Sequence record: NC_071007.1
DNA length: 64,000 nucleotides
Reading direction: 5' to 3' (one strand)
This document shows, in pieces, positions 38,413 through 48,573 of this stretch (positions are counted from its first letter, which is position 1; each line of letters starts with the position of its first letter). The translations under genes were made by a program, and so were the position numbers. The notes beneath the pieces were generated by a model. It had not been told where the DNA came from. It saw only the letters and a list, made by a program, of their open reading frames with translations, and made no database searches.

Positions 38413-39381
38413 TTACATGTCTGGATCTAAATAAACAACAATTTCTTCTTCTACTTCATCTTGAATAAGGGGTTCTTTATTCTCTTCTGAAGTTAAAGAA
38501 CTATTAGGATGGATTACTTCGTAATCGCTTATATAGTTTTCACCCTTTCCCTCACCCGGTTTCTCCGATACCTGTTCATCTCCCCCGAGTAACAATTCTT
38601 TCGAATCATCGCTCATTAAATTGAGATCTTCAGTGGAAGAATAATTCAGATCAGGAAGATCATCAAGTTTAGAAGTAAAACGAACAAATAAAGATAGTCC
38701 ATTTTGACATTTAAAAACAAGAATGTCGGATAATCCATCTGTGAATAAATGCGTGACAACACCTTTGGTAATTTGCGTATCCATTAGTGTACAAAAGTCA
38801 GGGTTTAAAATATCTTTAATCTGATCTAATAAATATTGTTTACTACTCTGGGTAAAACGATTACCAAGAAATGCTAACCCCTCCATATTTCTAAAATCAA
38901 AGATTCTAGAAACAAAGAAAAGTTTGACCATGGATAATCTAAAACAGTATTCATGGGAAACAGCAGTTATATCTCTATTTAAACCCTCTCCATTCACTCC
39001 AGAATCGATCATAGAGTAATAGACTGGTATTTCCCCATAATAACCATAAGAATCGTTTAAAATGGGAAGGAGTGCGTATTTCTGATCTTGGGTTGGATAA
39101 AGCGGTGCGGCATTGTAATAATCAATTCCTTTTTCTAGACCAAGATTATATTTATCAGACACTAACTGATAAAGATCATCCATAGTGGCGTCAACAGGAA
39201 CTTCTATAACAGGGCTGTACCCAAAGAGCGATCTAATATCTAATTTTTGCAATACAGTACTAACCAACATTCCATTAGCCCGTGTTTCAATAATACTTCT
39301 TAGATTGCTCTTTGCATATATCCGAATAAATTCATGACCAGAACTTAGTTTTTCAATAACTTGTTCTTTAAAGGTCTGCAT
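38413..39381 (-). CDS. Putative virion protein with acidic C-terminal tail (322 aa)
   Basis: KLDIRSLFGY...DDLYQLVSDKYNLGL...SYGYYGEIPV pattern resembles a domain recurrent in phiKZ-like virion proteins (recalled); last ~60 aa are E/D-rich. Confidence 0.5.
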   Translation of the reverse strand: MQTFKEQVIEKLSSGHEFIRIYAKSNLRSIIETRANGMLVSTVLQKLDIRSLFGYSPVIEVPVDATMDDLYQLVSDKYNLGLEKGIDYYNAAPLYPTQDQKYALLPILNDSYGYYGEIPVYYSMIDSGVNGEGLNRDITAVSHEYCFRLSMVKLFFVSRIFDFRNMEGLAFLGNRFTQSSKQYLLDQIKDILNPDFCTLMDTQITKGVVTHLFTDGLSDILVFKCQNGLSLFVRFTSKLDDLPDLNYSSTEDLNLMSDDSKELLLGGDEQVSEKPGEGKGENYISDYEVIHPNSSLTSEENKEPLIQDEVEEEIVVYLDPDM

Positions 39382-39384
39382 TCG

Positions 39385-40272
39385 TTATCCTTTAAATTCA
39401 GATTCTTTTGTTTCAGGTTTAACACTATTGGCGTTATTAGAGATGGCGTTAAGCATACCTGTGATTTTAGTGCGAATAGATCCAAGGAGTTTAGTGTTCT
39501 TTGTTTCCTCTTTAGCTGTATCCACTGTTTCCTTCTGCTCAGCTTTAGCCGCCTGTTGGATCTCATTAGTGACGTCATCGCTTACACTTGGACCTTTACG
39601 CATTTTCTCTGCCGCTGTTTCTGCTTCTTTAACTGCTTGTTCCAACGCAGTTGTGACTGCTTTTGAAGCATCGGATGCTTTCTTACGCATCTCGGTATAA
39701 ACAGCACCCAATTGTCCTACTGTTTTTGCATTAGCAATACGAGAAGTAGCTGCTTTGCAATTCTCAATAGCTGTTTCCAGTGTTGGGTATTTCTTCATTA
39801 GATTTTCAAGTTCAACACTTTCTCCGAGTCCTTTAAAATAACTCAAGGGATTGGTTAATTTAGTCTCTTCCTTGATCGGTGCATTCATGTCAAGTTTACT
39901 TAATGCTTCTAATGACTCCACTGCCTTTTTATCTGCTTCTTCAGCGACTTTCTTACCATCACCAAAGAAAAACTCTTTGATTTTACGTAATGTTTCAATA
40001 ATGGCTTTATAAGCAGCTTCACCAGAACTCTTGAGTGTATCTACCCAACTTTCAGAACCTTGGAAACCGTGAAGTTTTAATACAGTCATACCGTAGGCTT
40101 CAGTTCCAGACATTGCAGCAAAGTCTAGTTGTTCTTTGCTTAACACACCACTATAACCATCAAGGATGTCAACAACATGATCAATGTCACTTTCTTTAAT
40201 AACTGCTAATTCGGGTTCAACACCATAAGGAAATTCTGACAATTTATCATCAATAACATTTGACTCAATCAT
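39385..40272 (-). CDS. Internal head protein paralog (295 aa)
   Basis: DHVVDILDG...GTEA...TVLKLHGFQGSES...AIIETLRKIKEFFFG is a diverged form of the shared leader. Confidence 0.7.
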   Translation of the reverse strand: MIESNVIDDKLSEFPYGVEPELAVIKESDIDHVVDILDGYSGVLSKEQLDFAAMSGTEAYGMTVLKLHGFQGSESWVDTLKSSGEAAYKAIIETLRKIKEFFFGDGKKVAEEADKKAVESLEALSKLDMNAPIKEETKLTNPLSYFKGLGESVELENLMKKYPTLETAIENCKAATSRIANAKTVGQLGAVYTEMRKKASDASKAVTTALEQAVKEAETAAEKMRKGPSVSDDVTNEIQQAAKAEQKETVDTAKEETKNTKLLGSIRTKITGMLNAISNNANSVKPETKESEFKG

Positions 40273-40847
40273 TACTTACCCCATTTGTCATTTGTAAAAT
40301 TAAAAAACCAATCAGCAGTATGGATTAAATTTATTAACCTCAACGCCAACAATAGATTCATGAGTAATTGAGAAACTTCATTAGTAGCGCTAATTTTAAT
40401 AGCTGCAATCAGCCTCTCAATTCCTTCTTCGACATGCGAAATAATTTTAGCTGTTACCGCCCGACCATTATAGAACATGTGTTCATCGTCACGGTTAGTA
40501 ATGGTAATGATCTTTTCTTCTAAATTTGAGAAATTAGGGTAATCGTAAATAGCCGCCTTTAATTCAACAAGGTTGTATTGAAAAATTCTATCAGAGCTAA
40601 TCTGATGAATTAATTTACCAAAATTTTCTTCTAAATCAAGAACGGCATCAACTGCAATTTTTCTACTTAGCAAAGTAGTTGGAATAGTAAAGTCTTGCTG
40701 TATTGCTTGTAACTGATTAACAAGATTATTAGCCAACGCTTTAAGATCAACTTGCTGGCCATCAATATCGATTGCGTATTTTAGAATCGTTGCATTGTAA
40801 ATACACAGTCCTTGTTTTAAGGAAAGGTATTTATCTTGGTTCATCAT
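40272..40847 (-). CDS. Hypothetical protein (191 aa)
   Basis: Coupled ORF (ATGA and TAATG overlaps). Confidence 0.55.
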   Translation of the reverse strand: MMNQDKYLSLKQGLCIYNATILKYAIDIDGQQVDLKALANNLVNQLQAIQQDFTIPTTLLSRKIAVDAVLDLEENFGKLIHQISSDRIFQYNLVELKAAIYDYPNFSNLEEKIITITNRDDEHMFYNGRAVTAKIISHVEEGIERLIAAIKISATNEVSQLLMNLLLALRLINLIHTADWFFNFTNDKWGK

Positions 40848-41368
40848 ACTGTCACCTCAACCGTTCCAGTAAAAATAGGATGTGTGTTTACCACAGAGAT
40901 AGTTAATTTATTATCCTGTTTACCAAGCATTACATCAGAAATCTGTAGCTCCCAAAAACCTAATACTCGACAAAACAAATAAAACTGTTTTACTAGCATC
41001 TCATCAAAGCCATCAGGAATCGTTATAGCGGATTCCGGATATTTAACAAGTGGTTTATTAGGTTCTGTTGGAAAAGCGTTTACAAAGCTTCCCATGTCTG
41101 TTTGTGAATGACTTATTTGTTTAATTAACGTTTGATCATTAAAAATGGTTAAATCAATGTTTTTTGGAAAGAAAGAACCAATGTTAATCTTTTTACTTAA
41201 AATCCCACGATGGGAAAAAAGATCTTTTAATATGACATTGTCTTGGTTACTTGAAACGAATCCTAAACCATTTAAATCAGTTTGAATTTCTGTTTCGTTA
41301 AGTTCGTTAAACAATCTCATCACATCGTATTTCAGTCCTAACTGATTTACTGTAATGATATCAATCAT
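40844..41368 (-). CDS. Hypothetical, probably virion-associated protein (174 aa)
   Basis: Coupled ORF; C-terminal THPIFTGTVEV resembles the SYGYYGEIPV end of the domain in 38413..39381. Confidence 0.5.
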   Translation of the reverse strand: MIDIITVNQLGLKYDVMRLFNELNETEIQTDLNGLGFVSSNQDNVILKDLFSHRGILSKKINIGSFFPKNIDLTIFNDQTLIKQISHSQTDMGSFVNAFPTEPNKPLVKYPESAITIPDGFDEMLVKQFYLFCRVLGFWELQISDVMLGKQDNKLTISVVNTHPIFTGTVEVTV

Positions 41369-42447
41369 TCATTAATCCCCGCTTCGCAGAAATCCAATGC
41401 ACCATCAATAGAACTTGTTACGTAGTTGATTGAACGACCATTAAGCGTTTTACTTAATGTAATCAACCAGTTTAAATAAGTTTTATGTCTAGTACCTAAA
41501 GCTTCACCGTGTTTGTTAATATAAGAAACTACTTCTTTCTCAAAAATACGATGGAGTTCTCCCACGTTCTTTTGATTGGATCGAACCTTATTAATCAAAT
41601 CAGCGATACTTGTTAAGGTACTATCAATAATAAAACTGGTAGGACCAAATGTCGGTGATTTTAATTTTGATTCAATTGTTGTGTTATCAAAATAACAAGG
41701 GGTGTTAATAATTCGTTCAGCAGTCGAAGCCTGATAGACGAAATATCGATTCCCTGGTAACACACCTGAATGATAAGATATAACTCCATCAGAACCTTTT
41801 GGACCAATTTGTAAATTAAATTTATTTACAAATAACCGGTTAACATCTTCGATTTGAGTATTCAAATCAAAATGATTAGGTTCTATTTTTATATGATCCA
41901 ATAATCCCTTATAAACTGTTACAGCTGTGGTGTAAAAATCATTTACTGCAATAATAGATTCCTTTACCCACTGGCCGTCTTCAGTAACTTTGCTAGGGAT
42001 GATTAGTCGTTTAACAGAACTTGGATATTTTTCATCTTTAGTTTTTAAACCGTAACGTTTACGACGAGATGAAATGCGAAAACGTCGATTATCAATTCGA
42101 GTGATTTTGTTGTTAATTAAATTAACAATCCAAGCAACAACATCTTTAGCAAATTGAATCAAGGAACGTAAAGCACTTGCTGCTTTTTCTTTAAAACTTT
42201 CTGTGCCATCAACAGGGTTATTTAATTGTAAAGAAGATTTATTTTTCCCAAATTCTTTAATTACAGTAGAAAGAATTTCGCCTTGTCCTTTAAAAGATTC
42301 CGTCCCTGAAACGTCTTCTGTCTCTTCAACCTTAATTTCTTTACCAATAAAGAAATTAAGACTTTCTTCAATATTATCTACCCGATCACTATAAAAATCA
42401 TCTTGGGTATTTTTATCACTATCTTTGGGCAAAATAGTTGCAGTCAT
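41365..42447 (-). CDS. Internal head protein (360 aa)
   Basis: AAGGAG SD; acidic N-terminus with two GTESFK sites followed by the amphipathic KEKAASALRSLIQFAKDVVAWI helix. Confidence 0.7.
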   Translation of the reverse strand: MTATILPKDSDKNTQDDFYSDRVDNIEESLNFFIGKEIKVEETEDVSGTESFKGQGEILSTVIKEFGKNKSSLQLNNPVDGTESFKEKAASALRSLIQFAKDVVAWIVNLINNKITRIDNRRFRISSRRKRYGLKTKDEKYPSSVKRLIIPSKVTEDGQWVKESIIAVNDFYTTAVTVYKGLLDHIKIEPNHFDLNTQIEDVNRLFVNKFNLQIGPKGSDGVISYHSGVLPGNRYFVYQASTAERIINTPCYFDNTTIESKLKSPTFGPTSFIIDSTLTSIADLINKVRSNQKNVGELHRIFEKEVVSYINKHGEALGTRHKTYLNWLITLSKTLNGRSINYVTSSIDGALDFCEAGINE

Positions 42448-42490
42448 AATGTTCTCCTTAAGAAGTCATAGCATTATTGAAAATAAGCAT

Positions 42491-42520
42491 AGGGTGAAGG
42501 GACTAACGTCCCTTCACCCT
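42491..42520. terminator. Intergenic hairpin (13-bp stem), near-identical to 43590..43617
   Basis: AGGGTGAAGGGAC-TAAC-GTCCCTTCACCCT. Confidence 0.7.
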
Positions 42521-42525
42521 TTTAA

Positions 42526-43533
42526 TTAGCTATTCATCCATGCTTCAAATTCTTCAAGAGAACCAGTTGGGACGGTAAGATTATCAATCTTAGAATTTCC
42601 ACCAACAATTTCTTTATTAATTTTTGAAATAGCGCTGCCTACTTGAATAATGAAATTGTCACATTCAGCAACTAGTTTAGCCATTTTAGTTGCGGCTTTG
42701 CCTAGCGCTTGAGTGTATTTCAACACAGCTTCTGCTTTAGTGTGTTCATTACCATCTTTAAGTAATTTCTCGTAATAGACGGTTGCTCTTTCCAATGATT
42801 CATTGACGTTTTGCAATACGTCTTTTGCAACAGTACGGAACTTTTCTGCTGCTGTAATAATTTTATTCCCATTTTCAACACTTTGGATTACAGCAAAGGC
42901 TTCAATCTCTTCAGTACCTTCCTTTTTATCCAATCGAGAAAAAGATTCAGACAACACGCGGAAAGCGTTTAATAACGTCTGATGATCTCGTTTACCGTCT
43001 AAATTTATTGTTACTTTACCAGTAATTCCACCTTGGACATAACCTTCAATTTTTGCGTCACCAACGTCATTGAAATATTCGCTCATAAAGGTGACGTAGG
43101 GTGCGAACCGGACTTCAATAGTCTTTGGTGTTGCAGCTTTTTTAATTTTATTAACACTAGGTGCAAGTTGATCTGTTTTCTTTTTGACAACTTCTTCTAA
43201 ATCAGGTTGTTTTTTAATTGTTTCTAAAACAACCTTTGTTTCTTTTTCGATTTCTTTTACCTGAAAATCCTTGACTTTACTTTTACTACCAAAGAAGAAC
43301 TCTTTGATACCTTTAATCAAGTTCCAAATCATTTCCAGTACTTTCTTAGCACCTTCTTTAATAGCGCCGCCCAAACCTTCCTGACCTGCAATAGCAGTAA
43401 GATCACAACCATTCAGTCGCAAAACTGTCTGGGTGTATTTGGCGTTAGTTGTTTTAAAATCTTTATTGCAAATGGATTCAAACCCATCAATGGTATCAAA
43501 AACATGATCCATTTGATCAATATTTACGTTCAT
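42526..43533 (-). CDS. Internal head protein paralog (335 aa)
   Basis: AAGGGA SD before MNVNIDQMDHVF at 43533 (track start 43587 is over-extended); GFES and GQEG sites; shared leader. Confidence 0.75.
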   Translation of the reverse strand: MNVNIDQMDHVFDTIDGFESICNKDFKTTNAKYTQTVLRLNGCDLTAIAGQEGLGGAIKEGAKKVLEMIWNLIKGIKEFFFGSKSKVKDFQVKEIEKETKVVLETIKKQPDLEEVVKKKTDQLAPSVNKIKKAATPKTIEVRFAPYVTFMSEYFNDVGDAKIEGYVQGGITGKVTINLDGKRDHQTLLNAFRVLSESFSRLDKKEGTEEIEAFAVIQSVENGNKIITAAEKFRTVAKDVLQNVNESLERATVYYEKLLKDGNEHTKAEAVLKYTQALGKAATKMAKLVAECDNFIIQVGSAISKINKEIVGGNSKIDNLTVPTGSLEEFEAWMNS

Positions 43534-43589
43534 AAATTCCCTTATTAATTTTTGTTTGATGTAATCAAAATATTGACTAGATAACAAAG

Positions 43590-43617
43590 GGGAGAAGGGA
43601 CCGAAGTCCCTTCTCCC
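43590..43617 (-). terminator. Hairpin with cUUCGg loop
   Basis: Minus strand GGGAGAAGGGAC-UUCG-GUCCCUUCUCCC then CUUUGUU. Confidence 0.75.
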
Positions 43618-43655
43618 GCTAATATTTATATTAACTAATCTAGATAAATTTTAGA

Positions 43656-44822
43656 TTAGTAGTGAGCTTTAACCAGAGAGATTTGAGCTTGCAACAGATC
43701 GGCGGCAACACTCAGTGCGCCCTTCTGTACTTTCAGACCAGCACGGCAGGCAGCTTTGATTGCAGCGATGTCTTCTTTGATGTCGGTCTTATCTTCAGCC
43801 GCCATGCGCTCCAGAGAAGCGATGGTTTGGTCACGTTGGGCAGTCAGCGCTTTGCTATCCAGCTTGCTAAATTGGAGAGCTTTAGCAGAAGCTACAACAT
43901 CGTTAGCAATGCTACGCAGTTCTGCTTGGCCCATAGCAGGTTGGTCTTTTTGTGCTTCACCACCATTGATACTAGAAATGGCAACTTTAGCCAGGCCGGA
44001 TACAGTCTTCGGATAAACAACAGTAAAGGTACCAGTACCTACAGTAACCTTAAAGGTTTCGGTATCTTCGTTAGAAGCGGTAGCTGATGCAGTCCCCATT
44101 GCTTTAACCGCATTAACAGCAGACTGAACACCAGAAAGAGCACCTTCTTTACTGGCGGCTTTAACTGCGGTTTCAACGGCACCAATAACTTTACCAACAT
44201 CAGCAGCCGGAGAAACTTTACCGTTCTTCGGCAACCAACCAGCACTTGCAGAAAGAGTTACCTTTTCTTTGGGTTCTTTAACTACAGAAGTGCCCAGGTT
44301 CTTGGCTTGTTTTTCCAGACCTTTAAACTTGTTAAAGAGACCTTGGAAGAAAGCGATGAAACCATTGTAAAGATCGATAAAGAACTTCTTGATCGCTTCT
44401 TTAGCTTTACCAGCACGCTCTTTGAAAGATTCGATACCGGCAACGGCATTCATGGTGGCGGTGGAAGCATCAGCGAAACTTTCAGCACCTTGAACTTCTA
44501 CGGTGGTGCCAAAACGAGCAGCGATCTTAGCGGCACGCTTCATCTTGTCATGGAACAGAGCAGAGTTGAATTCAGTGGCACCATTCAGCATGGATTCCAT
44601 ACCGCTGATTTCTTCTTCCAGCTCTTCAACCTTTTCGGTCAGAATTTCGATAGCGGTATCGTTCTTTTCAATTTCTTTATCTTGCTCAGCCAGTTCGGTT
44701 TCAACTTGGGCCAGCTCTTTTTCTACAACAGCTTCTGCTACCGCTTCTGCAGTAACTTCTACTTGATGATCCAGATCAGCGCTTTCGGTACCGGCCACAG
44801 CTGCAAAAATAGTATCGTACAT
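43656..44822 (-). CDS. Abundant internal head/ejection protein (388 aa)
   Basis: Acidic propeptide with GTES, GMES, GAES and GIES sites; capsid-like codon bias; position like the phiKZ gp93-97 cluster. Confidence 0.75.
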   Translation of the reverse strand: MYDTIFAAVAGTESADLDHQVEVTAEAVAEAVVEKELAQVETELAEQDKEIEKNDTAIEILTEKVEELEEEISGMESMLNGATEFNSALFHDKMKRAAKIAARFGTTVEVQGAESFADASTATMNAVAGIESFKERAGKAKEAIKKFFIDLYNGFIAFFQGLFNKFKGLEKQAKNLGTSVVKEPKEKVTLSASAGWLPKNGKVSPAADVGKVIGAVETAVKAASKEGALSGVQSAVNAVKAMGTASATASNEDTETFKVTVGTGTFTVVYPKTVSGLAKVAISSINGGEAQKDQPAMGQAELRSIANDVVASAKALQFSKLDSKALTAQRDQTIASLERMAAEDKTDIKEDIAAIKAACRAGLKVQKGALSVAADLLQAQISLVKAHY

Positions 44823-44875
44823 AAGGATATCCTTTATTCAAAAAGTTTGTCAATTGAAACAAAAACAGAAACGAT

Positions 44876-45931
44876 TTAATTAAATTGTTTACTCAGGAAG
44901 GAAATTACTCCACCCACATAATCATCCAGGTATAAAGTCACCTTGGGTAAAAACCCACTGTAAAATGCAAATACCGGAACGTTTCCTTTCAGCCTTGATT
45001 CAAGATCACGGACTAAATTGAAACTAATGTTCCCTTTAAGAGATTCCAGATGGAGGTAACTCTTACCTACCACAGTATTGAAATCAGCAATGTATTTGGC
45101 ATATTTTTCATTAGCAGCAGAAAGTGCTTTGAAAAGCTCTACACCTTGATTAACTGTTGTCAGAAGTTTAATCACATCTTCCATTGCAAAAGATGTATTG
45201 TTTTCTTCAACAAAAACTTCATCAGAATGAACAGAAAACTGCTTTTGTTCTGAGTTAAACACAAAGTATTTACCACCTGGCAACACTTCGGAAGCTGACA
45301 TAGAATCACGTTCTTCATTAAACTTAGGAACCGGGTATTTTAGTTCATCCAGTTTATGAAGTAATGAAATTGCATCTTCGGTTGTTTTGATATCAACCAT
45401 GTTTTTTAGAAGTTGAAGTTCTTTCTTATAAAAACCTTCCAAATCTAGCTCAAAACGTTTTATATTATTTAAAACAGAAAACAATGTTTCAGCATCACTT
45501 TGGATTAAATCTGGATTACCGCTACTAGTTGTCTTAATAAGAAATTCTTTTGTAAAAGCAATCTCTTTATTATCGCTATTATTTTTAGCTCTAGATGCAA
45601 TCATTCCTAAAGCCATACGTCGAGTACCCAACGTCGTAATAATTGCACTAGAAGCGCTCCTAAGCGCTTTTGAAGCACCTTCATGAGCTTTGGCAGTAGT
45701 CCACTGTAATCCAGTGGTGACTGAGTTTTGAACAGAAGAAAAAATATTAGATAATAGAGATTCATTACCCGTAATCAATTCATCCGATTTAATAAATGGT
45801 TCTAATGTCTCTTGAAGAAGGTTGGTTTCAATTGGGTAGTGGGTCTCAATTTCCACAGGAACATTAGAAACAGCCTGGAGCGAATATTCGCTCCAGGAAG
45901 TAGAGGACATTATTTCGTCATCGTGCATCAT
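44876..45931 (-). CDS. Internal head protein (351 aa)
   Basis: Acidic N-terminus ending in TGNESLL; in the head-protein cluster. Confidence 0.65.
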   Translation of the reverse strand: MMHDDEIMSSTSWSEYSLQAVSNVPVEIETHYPIETNLLQETLEPFIKSDELITGNESLLSNIFSSVQNSVTTGLQWTTAKAHEGASKALRSASSAIITTLGTRRMALGMIASRAKNNSDNKEIAFTKEFLIKTTSSGNPDLIQSDAETLFSVLNNIKRFELDLEGFYKKELQLLKNMVDIKTTEDAISLLHKLDELKYPVPKFNEERDSMSASEVLPGGKYFVFNSEQKQFSVHSDEVFVEENNTSFAMEDVIKLLTTVNQGVELFKALSAANEKYAKYIADFNTVVGKSYLHLESLKGNISFNLVRDLESRLKGNVPVFAFYSGFLPKVTLYLDDYVGGVISFLSKQFN

Positions 45932-47186
45932 AACACTCCAAATTCAAATTAACTGCTGTTAATACATGACTAGTTAATACTGTCAGGTAAGCAGAAACTT
46001 CGGTTCGGAATACATTAACTTGATGTTGATAATCAGAAGTGATATACTGATAAAGTGCAACCTTCATTGGATCAGTAGTCGAATCCTTTTTCAATGTATC
46101 CAATACATCTTTAACGGAAATTTTATCCAAATCCAATTTGTTATAAAGATTGTTGAGCTCTTTAATATAGGTCACTAACTCTTTTGCAATGGTTAATAGA
46201 CTAAACATTTGAGATAATGTCAGTGTATCAATAGTGACTGTACTTTCAGTATTTTTAGTCTCAGGGGTGAAATAATACCCACATTCTGCTAATGCAGTAA
46301 TATAAGTTTCATTATCAGCAGGAGACTGCCAAGTTTCTTTAATCCATTTTGGATTTAATACTTGACCAACAATTGCACGGTCACCCAACAGTGGTTTAGA
46401 TTGTTGATAAAGGAATTTCGGATCTGGATCAGTTACTTTCGCTTTATCAGTCAGCAGTTTTACAAGATCCAATTTTACTACACGACAATCATCACCTTGA
46501 CTAGTTCCAAAGTGTTTAAAGATACTAGCTTTAAAACGAGTCATTTCCATTTCATACAACTTAATAATTGTTGAAAGGTATTTTAACTCTTTTTCAATTT
46601 CACTAGGGAAATTGGAATTAAAGTTAGAGGTTGGCTTTGAAAGTGTTTTAACTAAAATGGGATTGTAAGTTACTTTTTCACAACCATCTCGAAGAACGTC
46701 TGCTGAATCCAACGCATCTGTCAGATTCTCAATACGTTTTTGTAAAATTTCTAAGGACATTGTTAACTCTGTCCATCGACGTGAAAATGTATCTTGTAAT
46801 TGATTAGCCCAGCGTTTGATATCTTTAAATGTTTCATCTAAAATGGATTCTAAACCACTTACGCGAGAAGCACGCCATTCACTAGGAGTGATGTCCAGAC
46901 CAAAAGCCTCATTCCCAGTAATTTGAAGCACACCGCCTGGTCGAATTTTTAACCCACCGAAATCATTGATAACACGATCAACTTCAGCTGCTTTATCAGG
47001 GGTAATTTCATAGTCAGCTTTAGAATTAATAAAATCCAAAGCTTGGGTAACACGTTCCTTTACTTCAATAGAAGTTCTAAGATCAGTTAATGCTTTTTTG
47101 GCTTCGGTTTGGAGCGCACCAACATCAGGGACTTTTGCCAAACTAACTTCAGCCATTTGGAGATCACGTACCAGTGTATCACTCAT
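45918..47186 (-). CDS. Internal head protein (phiKZ gp92-like position), ~422 aa
   Basis: GGAG SD before MSDTLV at 47186; GNEA and GLES sites then the IKRWANQL helix. Confidence 0.65.
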   Translation of the reverse strand: MSDTLVRDLQMAEVSLAKVPDVGALQTEAKKALTDLRTSIEVKERVTQALDFINSKADYEITPDKAAEVDRVINDFGGLKIRPGGVLQITGNEAFGLDITPSEWRASRVSGLESILDETFKDIKRWANQLQDTFSRRWTELTMSLEILQKRIENLTDALDSADVLRDGCEKVTYNPILVKTLSKPTSNFNSNFPSEIEKELKYLSTIIKLYEMEMTRFKASIFKHFGTSQGDDCRVVKLDLVKLLTDKAKVTDPDPKFLYQQSKPLLGDRAIVGQVLNPKWIKETWQSPADNETYITALAECGYYFTPETKNTESTVTIDTLTLSQMFSLLTIAKELVTYIKELNNLYNKLDLDKISVKDVLDTLKKDSTTDPMKVALYQYITSDYQHQVNVFRTEVSAYLTVLTSHVLTAVNLNLECYDAR

Positions 47187-47703
47187 AGTAAACTCCATCC
47201 AAACTCATCAAGAACTTAGCGGTGAGTTCAGGGCCCATCGCTGCCATAATGTCATAAAGATGTTTATTTTCAATATTGGAAAAATCAACATCTTCAATTT
47301 TAAATTTATCACGAATCGGATCATATTCGTTATACATCACCGGAACTTGAATTTGCGTTCCTGGTTTGCTGATGTTTAAACGATTAAAGTCTTGACGTAA
47401 TTGCCCGGTAATGGCCTTAAACGAAACTTGACCATTAATGTAGGCAATCATCTTGCGAACCAATTCACGACGAGCGCCGACACCCATTCTAAAATTAACA
47501 AAACACCAATTACGGAAATCGTCACCAATGTATTCAGTGGCAATGTTGAAAACTTCCGCATGGCTTTCTGCATTAGAAAGAAGACCAACTGAATCAAATG
47601 TTTTCAAAAAACTTTTGAGGATTTGCTCATTGGCCTCCATCCTGGCATCTGTCATATCCAAAGGGACAAGACCAAAACGCGCATGACGGAAATCTTTAGC
47701 CAT
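47179..47703 (-). CDS. Conserved hypothetical/head protein (phiKZ gp91-like position), 174 aa
   Basis: ATG at 47703 overlaps the stop of the upstream gene; coupled on both sides. Confidence 0.55.
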   Translation of the reverse strand: MAKDFRHARFGLVPLDMTDARMEANEQILKSFLKTFDSVGLLSNAESHAEVFNIATEYIGDDFRNWCFVNFRMGVGARRELVRKMIAYINGQVSFKAITGQLRQDFNRLNISKPGTQIQVPVMYNEYDPIRDKFKIEDVDFSNIENKHLYDIMAAMGPELTAKFLMSLDGVYYE

Positions 47704-48571
47704 TGTACTTCTCCCGAATTTGGCGGATGTACGCATTATCTTTGATGATTTGGTCTGTATAAATCTCGATTTGATGATCCAAGGTTGGATCTTCCAAACC
47801 GCTTGACTTATTATTCAAGCGAGCAATTTTCATTGCAAGTAGATCGATACGCGCTTGCGCTGTTTTAATAGCACGAACATCACGCTTCATTACCCATAGT
47901 AAATACCAGTGGACAGGGTTCAGTTGATGGGGAGAAAGTCCTTCCTTAATAGAAACAGCACCAATACCATCAACGCCCTTTACAATCTCTTCTGACAAAT
48001 TGTCAACTACTTCATCAGAAAGTTGCTCAATCATTTCGGAAAGAGCTTTAGCCGGTTGATTAAAGCGGATCAGCAAAGTAGCATAGTAGTTTGCGGTATC
48101 AGTAAAGAAAGAATAATCAACTTTGGTCAGTTGTTTACTGACATCAGTTTTGTCATAACCGTAAGTGGTTAGAACATCAATAATCATAGTGGTATAACGA
48201 TTAAAGAAATTGATTGCAGAGATTGCGTCCAAAATCCCACGTTCTTTAAAGGTTACCGTGTGTTCGTCATAAACCTGTGTAGAAGATTTATTAACCAGAT
48301 CTTTCAGACGACCCATCCACAGTTCAATGTTTTCAATCCCAAAGCCAATAATACGGATCAAATCAGTTTGTGAGTTCAAGCCTTTTTTGACTTGACCATT
48401 AATTGATTTCAGTATTGCGTTTTGATTAATCAAAGCCATCATTTCGTCTTTGACTTTATCACTTACCCCGGAAAGCATTACCAAATTGTCTTTCAATCCA
48501 ACAAGATAATTTTGCTCCCGTTCAATAACGTTGATAACTTCCCCTTTGCGGGTATCTTTAATATGCAACAT
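47696..48571 (-). CDS. Head/inner-body protein (phiKZ gp90-like position), 291 aa
   Basis: Helical protein in the conserved head operon; synteny. Confidence 0.6.
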   Translation of the reverse strand: MLHIKDTRKGEVINVIEREQNYLVGLKDNLVMLSGVSDKVKDEMMALINQNAILKSINGQVKKGLNSQTDLIRIIGFGIENIELWMGRLKDLVNKSSTQVYDEHTVTFKERGILDAISAINFFNRYTTMIIDVLTTYGYDKTDVSKQLTKVDYSFFTDTANYYATLLIRFNQPAKALSEMIEQLSDEVVDNLSEEIVKGVDGIGAVSIKEGLSPHQLNPVHWYLLWVMKRDVRAIKTAQARIDLLAMKIARLNNKSSGLEDPTLDHQIEIYTDQIIKDNAYIRQIREKYNG

Positions 48572-48573
48572 TG

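Noticed and set aside
43662-44879. Plus-strand ORFs (141, 86, 190, 87 aa) antisense to the 388-aa head gene
   Set aside because: Shadow ORFs explained by the same codon bias and low-complexity Ala/Glu/Lys content.
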